From: Craspedostauros australis
Taxonomy: Eukaryota
Reading direction: 5' to 3'
DNA length: 53,622 bases
NCBI GenBank assembly: GCA_030167865.1
Contig: JALAGF010003973.1
Location: 62,001 to 115,622, forward strand
In this document: in pieces, positions 1 through 10,627 of the stretch
How positions within the stretch are numbered: the first letter of the stretch is position 1
Layout: each line of letters opens with the position of its first letter
Notes under the pieces: generated by a model
The model's input: only the letters and a program-made list of their open reading frames with translations
Told to the model about the DNA's origin: nothing
Database searches by the model: none
Position numbers and translations under genes: made by a program

Positions 1-883
1 TCTCATGGGTCTGCGTTGCGGTGGTGAGAGACTGCGCCGACGAGATGTTGTTGTAGGTCTCGCCGGAGAAGCCCACGTCGTTGCCGAGCTCGTTGGGTGG
101 GCGTGGCGTGCTCTGGTGGCTGTCGTCGTCGAGGGCTTGGTCGGAGTTTGCGTCCGCAGCGGGCAGACCGTCGTCCTTGCCGTACAGGATCTCGTCGACG
201 TCCTTGTCGGCCATGTCTGGATCATCTCCGTCGGAGCTGGACATGTCGTCGGCGTGGGCAGACGCGAAGGACTTGCTCTTTGTTGGTATTCGTGCTGGCG
301 TGCCACCGTCGGACTCGTTCGTCGCGGCTCCGGTGTCTGTGCCTGCCTCCGCGTTCGCATTGGTGCCCTTGGCTTTCGTTGCGGCTGGTTTTGTGTCTGG
401 TGCGTCCGCCTCTGCGTCCACGTGCTCGGCAGCTGCATCCGCGCCATCTCCCGCGGCTTCGGAGGCAGCAAGGAGGGTCATGCCATTCCCGTTCTTGAGG
501 GAGTGCTTCCTGGACTTGAGGTCCGGCACGAGTTCGGAGAGCGCCTCCAGACCACCATCATCGGTGGACTCCGCTTTGGTTGGCGTTTCCGTGTCTGCCG
601 CTGCTGGCATTGCTGTTTGTTCTGCTGCTGGTGTCTCGTCGTTGTGTTCCTCTTCCTTTCCTTGAGCTGGAGCATCAGTATCAGCTGCAGCTCCGGCGTC
701 AGCGTGGACGTCTGGAACGGCCTCCTCATCATCCGTCACGGCGGCTGCGGCAGCCTCTTCCGTTGCTGGCGATGGTTCTGCCTCTGCGGTTGGAGACGCA
801 GGCGTAGCGGCCTCCACAACAACAGCAGCAGGAGCGTCAGCAGCGGTGATCTCGATTGCGGGGCTCTCTGTTTCGGTCGTCAT
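1..883 (-). CDS. 5' part of an acidic Ala/Glu/Asp/Thr-rich protein of unknown function, running off the left edge
   Basis: ATG at 883 opens a stop-free frame to position 1 (MTTETESPAIEITAADAPAAVVVEAATPASPTAEAEP...DKDVDEILYGKDDGLP...). Codon usage looks like that of neighbouring genes. It is missing from the ORF track because there is no stop inside the window. Confidence 0.7.
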   Translation of the reverse strand, partial: MTTETESPAIEITAADAPAAVVVEAATPASPTAEAEPSPATEEAAAAAVTDDEEAVPDVHADAGAAADTDAPAQGKEEEHNDETPAAEQTAMPAAADTETPTKAESTDDGGLEALSELVPDLKSRKHSLKNGNGMTLLAASEAAGDGADAAAEHVDAEADAPDTKPAATKAKGTNANAEAGTDTGAATNESDGGTPARIPTKSKSFASAHADDMSSSDGDDPDMADKDVDEILYGKDDGLPAADANSDQALDDDSHQSTPRPPNELGNDVGFSGETYNNISSAQSLTTATQTHE

Positions 884-1457
884 GTTGGAGATGTTGGTTG
901 TATGGAGTAGCGACGAGGGTTCTGTTGCTGTTGCGTATGAGTATGTGTCTGAGCGTGTTTGTGCGTGGCCGTGTTTGTGCAGCGGTGGTGGGTTGATCGC
1001 TCGATTGCTTTGCGCTCGCTGTGGGTGTTAGGGGGGTTGCTCAACTCAGTGAATGTTCCAAATGGTCGTTTGTGGTGGCACTCCTCTGGTGTTGTTGTTG
1101 TTGTTGTCGTCGTTGATGTTGGCTTTGCTTGCGTCTTGCCTTGCGTTCAGAGAATGACAGCGACGATGCTTGCGATCTGATCCCCAGCAACTGCGTGTGT
1201 TTGCTTGCTGCTGAAGCGGCGTTTCGTGCTTTCGCTGACTGCTGCTTGTTACGAGTGCGCGGGACGAACGTGTCTGGTCGTGTTTTCTTGCTGCGCCTGG
1301 GTTTGCCCGACGTCCAAAAAATTCCTTTGCGGGACGACGACCAAGAGTTCGCTGCCTTTCCCAAGGAGGTGTTTCGCTGCGAAAACTGGAGACTGAAGCA
1401 GAGTGTCGGAAGCCGAAACGATGGTCTCTCACGCGTTCTCTTGCTGGTCCTGCTGCC

Positions 1458-1487
<30 letters not shown>
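1458..1487. repeat. (GTT)10 microsatellite
   Basis: Direct reading; lies in the G/T-skewed region upstream of the minus-strand gene at 883. Confidence 0.9.
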
Positions 1488-1488
<1 letters not shown>

Positions 1489-1743
1489 GCACTGCCGTTA
1501 ACGTGTTTGGCTGTGTCTTGATGCGAGCTGCGAGATGGCAGTTGATGTGGGGATGCGAGCTTGAGGGGGTTGCAAAGGATGTGAGGAAGAAGATGGTAAA
1601 AGAGTGTTGGTATACGGAGGAATCGAAGCTCCAATTGGCTTTGCCGTCCTCGCAGTCGTTGATGATGTTGACGTTGATGATACCAGTGAGTGTCTGTGAT
1701 GATGTTGGTAGCAATGGTAGCAGACAAGGATGATGATGGTCGT

Positions 1744-1767
1744 GGTAATGGTAATGGTAATGGTAAT
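1744..1767. repeat. (GGTAAT)4 hexamer microsatellite followed by degenerate GGTAGT/GGAAGT/GGGAGT units
   Basis: Direct reading. Confidence 0.85.
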
Positions 1768-2540
1768 GGTAGTGGTGGAAGTGGAAGTGGGAGTGGGAGT
1801 GCCTTTGTTGTTGCCAAATCAGAGATGCATCTGTGCGAGTGAGTTGACGTTGGAGTGATGACGATGGCGGAGCCGTGGCGCTGTGTGGTGTGGCGTGATA
1901 CGCTCCCTCTCTCTTCCTCTCTTCCCAACTCTCGTTGTTTGTCCTTGGGGTGTTGTGCCTGTTGCGGCTTTGGTTTCCGTCTCTGGGTTTGCTGGCGCTG
2001 TTGCTGTGACCATGGCCTTAAATGTTCCTTCACGAGCAAAGATGTCTCTGCCTTGGTTGTGGTGTGAACACCGTGTTGCCCTTTTGACATCGGTTTTTTG
2101 TTTCCTTGTCTTCGTTGCAGACACGTGGGGATTGGTGTGAATTTACCCTTGCCTGTCCGTGCGTGGCCGTGTTTGTTGTATATTCAGCCCTCAATAAATC
2201 AATATCGATATCGCGCGCCTTTCCATGTCTCGTTCATGTCCAATCTCCAAATCCCGCCTTGTTCAAAAAAGCGTGACTCAAAATTGTGGGTTCTCGCCGA
2301 ACAAAACGGCACACAAGACTCCCACGGTTCAACACCAGCCTCCGCCAAAGTTCTCCAAAAATTCGGGGACACTCCGACCCATCAACCATCGCACGTGCAA
2401 AAAGGGTGGCGCGTCCGTCTCGTCGATTTTGGCAACGCGTGATGTGACCGTGTGCCGTGAGTGCTATCAACCAAGGGATCGGCAAACGAAAACGAACTGG
2501 TGACAGGAGTCTTGCTTCCGTGTCCCTCTTGAGCATCAAG

Positions 2541-2562
2541 CTCTCTCTCTCTCTCTCTCTCT
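2541..2562. repeat. (CT)11 microsatellite
   Basis: Direct reading. Confidence 0.9.
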
Positions 2563-3316
2563 AGCTTTGTCCCCTCCAACGATGAATAGCATGTATTCTA
2601 TTCTATTAGAATACCTATCATATTATATTGTGCAATAGAATAGAGGAGCGCATTGTGATGCATCTCCGTTGCGATTGCAAGAAGCAAGCACTCTACTCCA
2701 CTACTATATTCTATTCCACTGTTCCATTTGTCTGATCAATACCGGTGGGCAGTTCACAAGTCAAGGCACGTCCAGTTCGGTTCAGTTCAGTTCAGTCCGT
2801 TGGAGGGATGAGATGGGATACGAGAGCCATCACACCCAACTCGTAGCCCGAAGAGTGCAGAGGTGGAGAGTTGCGCTGTGCTCGCATCTCCTGATTCGTT
2901 TCCATTGTCCGCAACGCATATGTCTTCGATTCATCTCCATCTTCCAACCGCTCTCTACCTCCAATCGGAGAAGAATGGGAAAGTCCTTTTGCACGTCTTC
3001 GTCGTCTGTCCATCTATGCGTTTTGGCGCCAAGAAATGAAGAGCAAGACGTCGTACGTGGAGCCAGTGACCACCCAAGCCCAAAACAAGAAAGATGGAGG
3101 CAACAAACTCCGCCTCTTCTTCATTTTCTTCTTTGCTGTAGTAGTACGACTACCCAAAAGCGAAAGCAACGACCAAAGAACATCACTCAACAGTACCAAT
3201 ACTCGGACGAGTAGAGCCTTGAGTGGAACACAAGGTCACGAAAGAATAGCACTGCAGAGACGCAGAGACGCACGTTCCACACTATTATACGATATTAGTA
3301 ACAGTTGCGCTTGATC

Positions 3317-4924
3317 ATGTCGACGCAGGAGGATCAACGCACCGGCGGAATCGGTTGGGGAGGCAGTCTGGTCGGCAGCAAGAATCCCAACAACCTGGGA
3401 TACCGGTACTCCAACCCCACGAAGCGCTTCCGCAGGGCCGATGATGATGAGACGGACAAGGATCTGCCGACCAATCTCGTCGTGCAGTTCCAGAACAGGC
3501 AAGGCGAGGAGCTGGCCGACAACCTCGACATTCCGACCAACTCGTCGGTGGATGATCTGCAGGCGCTGGTGCATTCTTTGATGGAGCAGGCCGACGACAA
3601 AGATGATTCGCAGAAGGGCATACCGTATTCCTTTTACGCCAAGGTGGAGAAGGATGGCGTTGCTGACGACGTGGAAATCCGAACGACCATCGCCGAGTTC
3701 CTCAAGGACCACAAGCTGTCGACGGAGCAGGTCCTGCAGCTCACGTACCAGCCGTTGGCAGTCTTCCGCGTGCGCCCGGTCACCAGATGCACGGACACCA
3801 TGCCGGGCCACACAGAGGCCATTCTGCATGTTTCGTACAGTCCGGATGGTCGTTACTTGGCTTCGGGCGGTGGCGATACGACGGTGCGCTTCTGGGATGT
3901 CAACACATCCCTCCCCAAGCACACGGGTCGCCAGCACAAGAACCACGTGCTCTGCACCGCCTGGTCTCCAGATGGCAACAGATTCGCGACCTCCGACAAG
4001 AATGGCGTGCTCATTCTCTGGGATCCCTCCACGGGAAAGCCGGTCTTCTCCAAGAAGGCGCACAAGCAGTGGATCACCAGCATCGCCTGGGAACCGCTCC
4101 ATCTCAATGCCAAATGCGAGCGGCTGGCCACCAGTTCGAAGGACGGCACCACCAAGGTGTGGAACGTCCGAACGCAGAATTCTCTCGCCACATTGTCTGG
4201 ACACACGGATAGCGTGGAGTGCGTCAAATGGGGCGGTGAGGGATTCTTGTACACAGCCAGCCGCGATAGGACGATCAAGGTATGGACCGCCAAAGACGGC
4301 GACGTCCTGGGCAAGCTCGTGCGCTCTCTCAAGGGACATGGCCACAGAATAAACACGCTGGCATTGTCGACGGATTACGTGTGTCGGACGGGACCCTACG
4401 ACCACCGCTGCAGACAGTTCGACTCTCCCCAGGCAGCTTACGAGGCGGCCGTGGAAAAGTACAACGCATGCCGAGAGTTGGGACCAGAGCGCTTGGTTTC
4501 CGGCAGCGACGATTTCACCCTCTTCCTTTGGCATCCCACATCGGACAAGCACCCCATCAAGCGGTTGACGGGGCATCAGCAGGCCGTCAACCACATCGCC
4601 TTCAGTCCCGATGGTCGCTACTTCGCCTCGGCCTCCTTCGACAAGAAGGTCAAGCTGTGGAATGGATTCTCGGGCGACTTCCTCACCACCCTCACGGGAC
4701 ACGTCGGTGCTGTCTACCAAGTCGCATGGAGCAACGATTCGCGGTACCTCGTCAGCGCCAGCAAGGACAGCACGGCGAAGCTGTGGGAGGTACCGTCGGG
4801 CAAAAGAGCCCGTGCCACGTTGCCAGGACATGCCGACGAGGTCTATGCCTTGGACTGGTCTCCCAATGGTTCCAGCGTCGCCACTGGATCGAAAGATAGA
4901 ACCATCAAGATATGGAAGCATTAG
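3317..4924 (+). CDS. NLE1: Notchless / Rsa4 homolog (NLE ubiquitin-like domain + WD40 repeats), 60S ribosome biogenesis factor
   Basis: Single exon. NLE domain with STEQVLQLTYQPLAVFRVRPVTRC, about 8 WD40 repeats (GHTEAIL...RFWD; GHQQAVNHIAFSPDGRYFASASFDKKVKLW), the family motif ERLVSGSDDFTLFLW, and terminal LPGHADEVYALDWSP...IKIWKH. Confidence 0.96.
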   Translation: MSTQEDQRTGGIGWGGSLVGSKNPNNLGYRYSNPTKRFRRADDDETDKDLPTNLVVQFQNRQGEELADNLDIPTNSSVDDLQALVHSLMEQADDKDDSQKGIPYSFYAKVEKDGVADDVEIRTTIAEFLKDHKLSTEQVLQLTYQPLAVFRVRPVTRCTDTMPGHTEAILHVSYSPDGRYLASGGGDTTVRFWDVNTSLPKHTGRQHKNHVLCTAWSPDGNRFATSDKNGVLILWDPSTGKPVFSKKAHKQWITSIAWEPLHLNAKCERLATSSKDGTTKVWNVRTQNSLATLSGHTDSVECVKWGGEGFLYTASRDRTIKVWTAKDGDVLGKLVRSLKGHGHRINTLALSTDYVCRTGPYDHRCRQFDSPQAAYEAAVEKYNACRELGPERLVSGSDDFTLFLWHPTSDKHPIKRLTGHQQAVNHIAFSPDGRYFASASFDKKVKLWNGFSGDFLTTLTGHVGAVYQVAWSNDSRYLVSASKDSTAKLWEVPSGKRARATLPGHADEVYALDWSPNGSSVATGSKDRTIKIWKH

Positions 4925-5259
4925 AGAAGGGCATAGGGTAGCTGCCTCTCTACGCGCAGAGTGATTTAATACTCGACAGTCGAGCACCGTGGTCTACACT
5001 GCATACTCGACTCGATTCTGCCTTGCTTTGTGCATTGCTTCGCTGGAGTGCGATATTCTGCTTCATTGGTATTCTACTCGTACGAACTTCGACTTCACGA
5101 CGCGAAGTGATCAGCACCAATGCGCCCCTCCTCCGCAAGTGGTGAAATAGCATCATCTATTACTCTATGCATGCTACGATTGATGGTACACATGCATTCA
5201 TGCGGCGTCAGCATCACACCCCGCTTTACGAGAGTACCCATACTTTATTCCATCAAGGT

Positions 5260-6957
5260 TCACCTAATGTCATCGTGTGCAATCCCATGGTCGTCCAGCA
5301 AGGCTCTCAACTTGGTTATCGTTTGCTGTGCTGTAGCGAGCTGTCTTTGTAGCGATGCAACATCGGACTCATCAGTGTTGCCATCTGAGCGTTCCGACGT
5401 CGGTCCGGAAGTTCCTCGCCCATCAGCTTCTGTCCTGTTCGCAACATCAGCCTCGGCACTCGGAGCACTCGCATCACCCACCCCATCTGACACAGACAGG
5501 CGCTTCGTCTCCAGCTCACGATCCATGTACTCCAACACTTGCTTGCAGGAGTACCGTTGCGACGGATCCGCATGCGTCATGCGATCCACGAGATGCGCTG
5601 CCACTGGATTAGTCGCGGACCAACCCTCCAGCAACGACTGCAGGTACTGGCCGCTTCTTCCCTTGCTCTTGGACAGAGCGCCCAAGATGACCGCGCGCTC
5701 CATGGCCGTCTCGAAGTGCGCAAAGATCTCCACCAGCAAAACTCCCAACGAAAACACGTCGCAAGCTTCATCGTACTGCCCGCTGGTCACTTCGGGTGCG
5801 GAATACAGGAACGTTCCAACCTGAGACGATCGCTGGGTTTGGGGATCTCCTGAACCTGCCGCGCCCTCCTTCGCTTCTTTGCCAGAGGTCTTGCTGCGCT
5901 CCTTCCTCGATGTTGAGATCATGGTCGCCAAACCAAGATCGCCAATCTTCACTGCGCCATTCTGCACAAATATGTTGCTGGGCTTGATATCGCGATGGAT
6001 GACGCCCTGCTCGTGCAAATACATCACTCCAGCCACGCTTTGTCGGAAGAGAGACCATTCCCGTTCGAGGTTATCGTCATGATCATCCCCACTCATGGTA
6101 TCGGCAGCACCATGAGCGTCATCGATTGAAGTTGTGGCTTGATGGGGAGATTGCGATTCGCGTTTGCTTTCATCGTCCCCTTGCGGCATTGCGAGGTATT
6201 CGGTCAGGGTGTAATCGCATAGCTCCATCAGGATGAAGAGGAAGCTCGCGTACACTTGTCGTCGTCGGATCTGAATGTTGGAGGCATCTATCGTGCTGGG
6301 AAGGCTCTCCATGTAGCAGTTGATGCATAGATCCAACGGTTGCAGCACAGCATCGATCAATCCCCATTGCTCAAACGACACCTCCCAATCCTCGTAGCAT
6401 GATTTGCAAAGGTGGCATCGCGGAAGCCCCTCAGACGTCGAAGAGACTTTATGGCTTGTGCTGCCGGAGGTTGCGTTGTCATCGGCATCATCCGAATTGT
6501 GGCGAGAACCAGATGCGAGAGGACGGCGGAAGGTGTTCTGCCAGAATGATCGCGACGATGATGAAGACGCAAACAGCCCAGAATCGGATGCACTCCAATC
6601 GGCTGATGATGACGCAGCGGGAGCTGAGTTCGCAGCCCCGCTCTGCATCGTTTCATCGCGACCCTTTTCCATCCAAGCAGAATAATACCTCACGACCAGA
6701 GGAGAATCAAGACTAGAGAGAAGTTGCACTTCGCGCAGCACCTTCTTGAGGTCTTCATCCTCTTCCGACACCGCCGGCAGGAGGACTTTCTTCATTGCAT
6801 AGACTTTGCCATCCACCTTATTCCGCACCTTGAACGCCTTGCCGAATCCACCCTCTCCCAACGTCCCCAGCACCTCAAAATCCGTCTTGCTGCGGACATC
6901 TTCCAGATCATCCAGCTTTCTCCATTCCAAGCTCTCATGTTTTGTGATCTCGAGCAT
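5260..6957 (-). CDS. eIF2-alpha kinase family (PEK; HRI/GCN2-like) Ser/Thr kinase
   Basis: DFEVLGTLGEGGFGKAFKVRNKVDGKVYAMKKV, VVRYYSAWME, a long kinase insert, LFILMELCD, HRDIKPSN, IGDLGLA, VGTFLYSAPE, DVFSLG, FETAMER, and a C-terminal coiled coil. Start placed at ATG 6957; the frame stays open to an ATG at 7335, so the start is uncertain. Confidence 0.88.
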   Translation of the reverse strand: MLEITKHESLEWRKLDDLEDVRSKTDFEVLGTLGEGGFGKAFKVRNKVDGKVYAMKKVLLPAVSEEDEDLKKVLREVQLLSSLDSPLVVRYYSAWMEKGRDETMQSGAANSAPAASSSADWSASDSGLFASSSSSRSFWQNTFRRPLASGSRHNSDDADDNATSGSTSHKVSSTSEGLPRCHLCKSCYEDWEVSFEQWGLIDAVLQPLDLCINCYMESLPSTIDASNIQIRRRQVYASFLFILMELCDYTLTEYLAMPQGDDESKRESQSPHQATTSIDDAHGAADTMSGDDHDDNLEREWSLFRQSVAGVMYLHEQGVIHRDIKPSNIFVQNGAVKIGDLGLATMISTSRKERSKTSGKEAKEGAAGSGDPQTQRSSQVGTFLYSAPEVTSGQYDEACDVFSLGVLLVEIFAHFETAMERAVILGALSKSKGRSGQYLQSLLEGWSATNPVAAHLVDRMTHADPSQRYSCKQVLEYMDRELETKRLSVSDGVGDASAPSAEADVANRTEADGRGTSGPTSERSDGNTDESDVASLQRQLATAQQTITKLRALLDDHGIAHDDIR

Positions 6958-7036
6958 CGCGAAATGTGAGACGCGAGTACTTGCGTGTATCAAGAAAATG
7001 ACTACTCGCGGTTTCCTCGTCGGTACTCGCAACCAC

Positions 7037-7241
7037 GTTGCCGTTTGGGTTGCCGCGTACGTTGCCGTGTGCGTTGCCGTGCGCGTTGCCGAACGATTTA
7101 TTGCCCCCAGCTCGTGCTTGCGCCGCTCGAGATGATGTTCGACTCTCTTCCCTTGTGATTTACGTGACGTTCCCGTTGCCGAAATGGTTGCCGATTGCGT
7201 TGCCGAGATGGTTGCCGGAGTGGTTACCGATGGGGTTGCCG
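7037..7241. repeat. Two arrays of a 12-bp-period repeat with constant GTTGCCG core
   Basis: GTTGCCG at 7037, 7049, 7061, 7073, 7085 and at 7175, 7187, 7199, 7211, 7223 (GTTACCG), 7235, with variable 5-bp spacers. Confidence 0.9.
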
Positions 7242-8480
7242 TATTCAGCACCTGCGACCGCAACAGTGGTGACGGTGATGAAGATGTGGATGACGACGAT
7301 GTTGTTCCATTCCTCTCCCAAACGTTGTGGTGCATGGTGCGTGTTTGTGAATGTGGCGGATCCGAGTCACGGCCATCAGTTTTGAATCACGGATACCTTT
7401 TGGTTCTTTTGGTTGCCGCGAACTTGGATGGCACAAAAAAGGCGAGACGAAGCGCCTCAGCGAAGCAAGAGGCATCTTTGCAACACCAACACCGCTCCAA
7501 GCTCGGCATGCTTGCCTCCTTTCGCGCCTTATTAGGTAAGTAGTACTATATGTTGCTTCACTCTGTTGGTTGCGTGTGTGCTTTCTGTCATATGAGAATT
7601 ACCTACTATACTCACGGGCAACCACGACAACAGAATCAGAAAGTGAAATCATTCGACTTGCTTCGTTCGTCACTCTTGGATGAGGAGCCGTTGGCGACGT
7701 GTCTCCCGCTTCTCCGGGTATGGTACAATCGACGAAGGCGTTCATCTTGCATGCAAGACCACCATGTTTGGCAATCCATTGATGGAGAGTGCCAAGGCGG
7801 CTTGATGCCAACATAGCAGAAAAACAATTTCCACCTGATGAGCTTTCTCACTTAGGCTTTGACAAGTGTATGACCTCTGTCAATCAACAAGAGGGAAGCT
7901 ACCAAGACAAGCTCGAAAGTGCTGTGCTTTCGGATAGCTTATGCATTCGCCGGTTCACCCAAGGGCGACATGAGAACGTTTCCCAAAGGATGTTGCATAC
8001 TCGTGCGAATGGAAAGTACTCTAACTAGACCAAACGAAGGAAATGGCGAGAAGTCATTTTGAAGTGACGGAAGCGCCATTCCGTTGAATGAGTCCAACAT
8101 TCAAAGGATGAGAGACATGAGGCGCAAGTGGTTGCGGATCCGTTGTTCATTGGTTGTTCACCAATTGCCTGGATCTACATTGCGGCCTAAGAGGCGGTAT
8201 CCGAGCAACGGGCAGCAGAGTGACGATGTCCCAACGGTCATGATGCTTTCTTCGATCGCAGAATAGCCGGGTGCGGCTGCGAGTAGCCACGACTCGTCAT
8301 CACCCGAAATGTCTCGACCACACATCAGCTCCGCTCCACACATCCGCGAGATCCGACAAATTGGCTTCTGTTCTCGACACAGCAAACATCATCCCACCAA
8401 ATCAAATCAAGGTCACATGACATCACATAGCAGTTGAAGAGTCGAGCAAGCCAAACAATACCATCATCACGACCGACAGA

Positions 8481-8978
8481 ATGAGTGATGCAGACAAAGC
8501 CATGAACGATGGCAAAGCACGAACGCAGGCAGATGATGGATTGGCGAATTCGACAGAAGCTGAGTCGGCGCAGCCGCAATCCAACGAAGAGATAGCAGCC
8601 GGCGCAAGTACAGCAGCGATATCGACAAACCCACAACAGCAGCCGCAACAACAAGACGGCAGTGCCGACGCAGGTGGCGACGATGACGATGACGATCTGA
8701 TGGACGTGGAAATTCCCATGGAGATGTTGATGGATCCTGGCAAACCCAAGATGCTGCCACGACCATCGGAATCCATGGCATGGGACAACAGCGCCATTCA
8801 CCAATGCTTTGCCATGGCGATGGCATCGCATGACGCAACAGACAACGAGGACAAGTACCAGTGGCAGAAGCCATTGTCGTTGGGGGAACAGTCCATGGAG
8901 GTGATCCAATCCTTTCATCCGCCGTCCGTCAAGTTGCCGCTGTGGGCGGTGGATCCTTATTTGGCCAGCGTGCAATGA
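8481..8978 (+). CDS. Small acidic protein (165 aa) with an SMN Gemin2-binding-like motif
   Basis: Clean ATG..TGA ORF with coding-like composition; acidic disordered N-half, then WDNSAIHQCFAMAMAS. Confidence 0.65.
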   Translation: MSDADKAMNDGKARTQADDGLANSTEAESAQPQSNEEIAAGASTAAISTNPQQQPQQQDGSADAGGDDDDDDLMDVEIPMEMLMDPGKPKMLPRPSESMAWDNSAIHQCFAMAMASHDATDNEDKYQWQKPLSLGEQSMEVIQSFHPPSVKLPLWAVDPYLASVQ

Positions 8979-9214
8979 TCATGATGATGATCATGGCCGT
9001 TGTATCGTTGGACGCACTGTGAGCAACTACGACTGCATGGGCGGGTCATCAGATACACTTCAGTCTTACAAACGCTATTAGCAAACACTAGTAAGATTGC
9101 ATGTGAACGCGCAATAGCGTTTTCGTTCATTGCATTTGATGCAAGTTAGCAGTTTTCTCTATCGCTTTTTGTGTTGAGTTTCGCATCACATCGCATTGCT
9201 CGCTGCTCTCCACT

Positions 9215-10627
9215 CTACTCTTCCTCCAATTTATCGTCGTTGACTCGCAGGACGGATCTGAAGAATTCGTAAAAGAGGAAGAAGCATGCGTTGGCGGGCA
9301 CCTTGTGAATGAGGCGCGGCACGCTGCCTCTGAGGAACGCCATGGCTCCGCCCTCCTGCCAGGTCTGCGAGGCGCACGTTCGAATGGATCCCCCGTACAG
9401 CGCGCTGGAGGTCTGAAGGCGCGTCTTGATGACATCCATCGGATTTGTCAGGTAGCTTCCGACGCCGCCGGCCAAACCTCCCACCAAAACATCCCAGGCC
9501 CGGTTGGGCACGTCCTCGAATCGGGCCTCCGCACGCGGCTTCCAAGCACTCTTCAAATGCTCGTACGTCAGCAGCGTGAAGATGGCGTACGGAATGTCCC
9601 GCAACATCTGCGATGCGATGCCTCCCGTCGGAAAGAGGGTCGCCAACGACATATCCCGAATGGCCTCTCCCATGCTGGCGTAGGCCTTGGTCTGCAACTT
9701 CTGCTTGACGACCTCGTACGGGACACGCGATGCGGATGCGATCGTGTTACCAATCGCGGCCGACATGGCGATGGACATGGTCCTGCTCATGTACGGGCTC
9801 TTATCCTCCCACTTTGCGAACTTCTTCTTGCAGAACGAGTACACGCCAAAGTACAAGCCGACCGACGGCATGCTCCCAACCACGGCCACTCCAACGCCCG
9901 CCTATTTATCGTGCAGTGATTTGAATGGCGCATGATGCATGATGCATAGAGTAGTACAACAATAGATGGCGGGGTGTTATCCATGTGAGGATTGTGAACA
10001 TGAAGGCAAGTGAGTATGGTCGGAGTGTTGTCATCGTTGCAATCGACGCAAAAATGGTGTCCGAGAGATGCGCTCAAGACAGGCAGTCAGTGATGGCGCG
10101 TCAGCCTCCACAACATTCCAGTGTCGGCAACAAAGCTGTCCATGCCTTGGGGAAGCGCCCGAATCAAGACGAAACACGAAGCCGGCATCATCTCCACTCT
10201 CACCAGACACCGCACAATAATGACTTACGTAAAACTCCCAAATACCGTGCGGTCTCGCGGCGATGACTTTGGCGGCCTGCAACATGGACATGGCAGCACC
10301 TGCCGACGTCGACCTCGAATGCTGCTGCAGCGTCTTGATCGTGTCAAATGGTGCCAGCATGAGCTTGGAGCATCCTGCCGCGAGGGCGCTGGCCAGGCTG
10401 TTCTTGGCGCCCGCTACCCAGGCGGAATCCGCACGACGCAGCGCCGCCGAGGAACCGCCAGTGGTCGCATGGCTCTGCCTCCGTATTCTGTCCCCGGCCG
10501 GCAGCGGATCTCTCTTGCGGCTTGTGTGAGGTGTGATGGCCTTGGCATTTGCGCAATGCGGCACCGACAGGCACAGCAGCAATGCCAGCAGCAGCAGGCC
10601 TTGCAGATTCATCTTCAACGCATTCAT
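9215..10627 (-). CDS. Mitochondrial carrier family (SLC25) protein, S-adenosylmethionine-carrier-like, with N-terminal signal peptide; 2 exons
   Basis: Exons 10627-10229 and 9901-9215; intron 10228-9902 (GTAAGT...TAG) joins ...WEFY|AGVGVAVVGSMP in frame. Three carrier signatures: PFDTIKTLQQ, PYEVVKQKLQ, PMDVIKTRLQ; also RDIPY. Confidence 0.9.

Noticed and set aside
1744-1800. G-rich hexamers as interstitial telomere repeats
   Set aside because: The unit is GGTAAT, not TTAGGG, and it grades into other hexamers like an ordinary microsatellite.
1041-2090. 349-aa minus-strand ORF with poly-N and (LP)n tracts
   Set aside because: Translation of microsatellites in a compositionally skewed region; no domain and not linked in frame to the gene at 883.
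3236-4987. 583-aa minus-strand ORF, and similar long antisense ORFs (5..910, 17844..18785, 31169..32575, 46783..47925, 48314..49297)
   Set aside because: They lie antisense to well-supported genes and have no motifs; expected shadows of GC3-biased codon usage.
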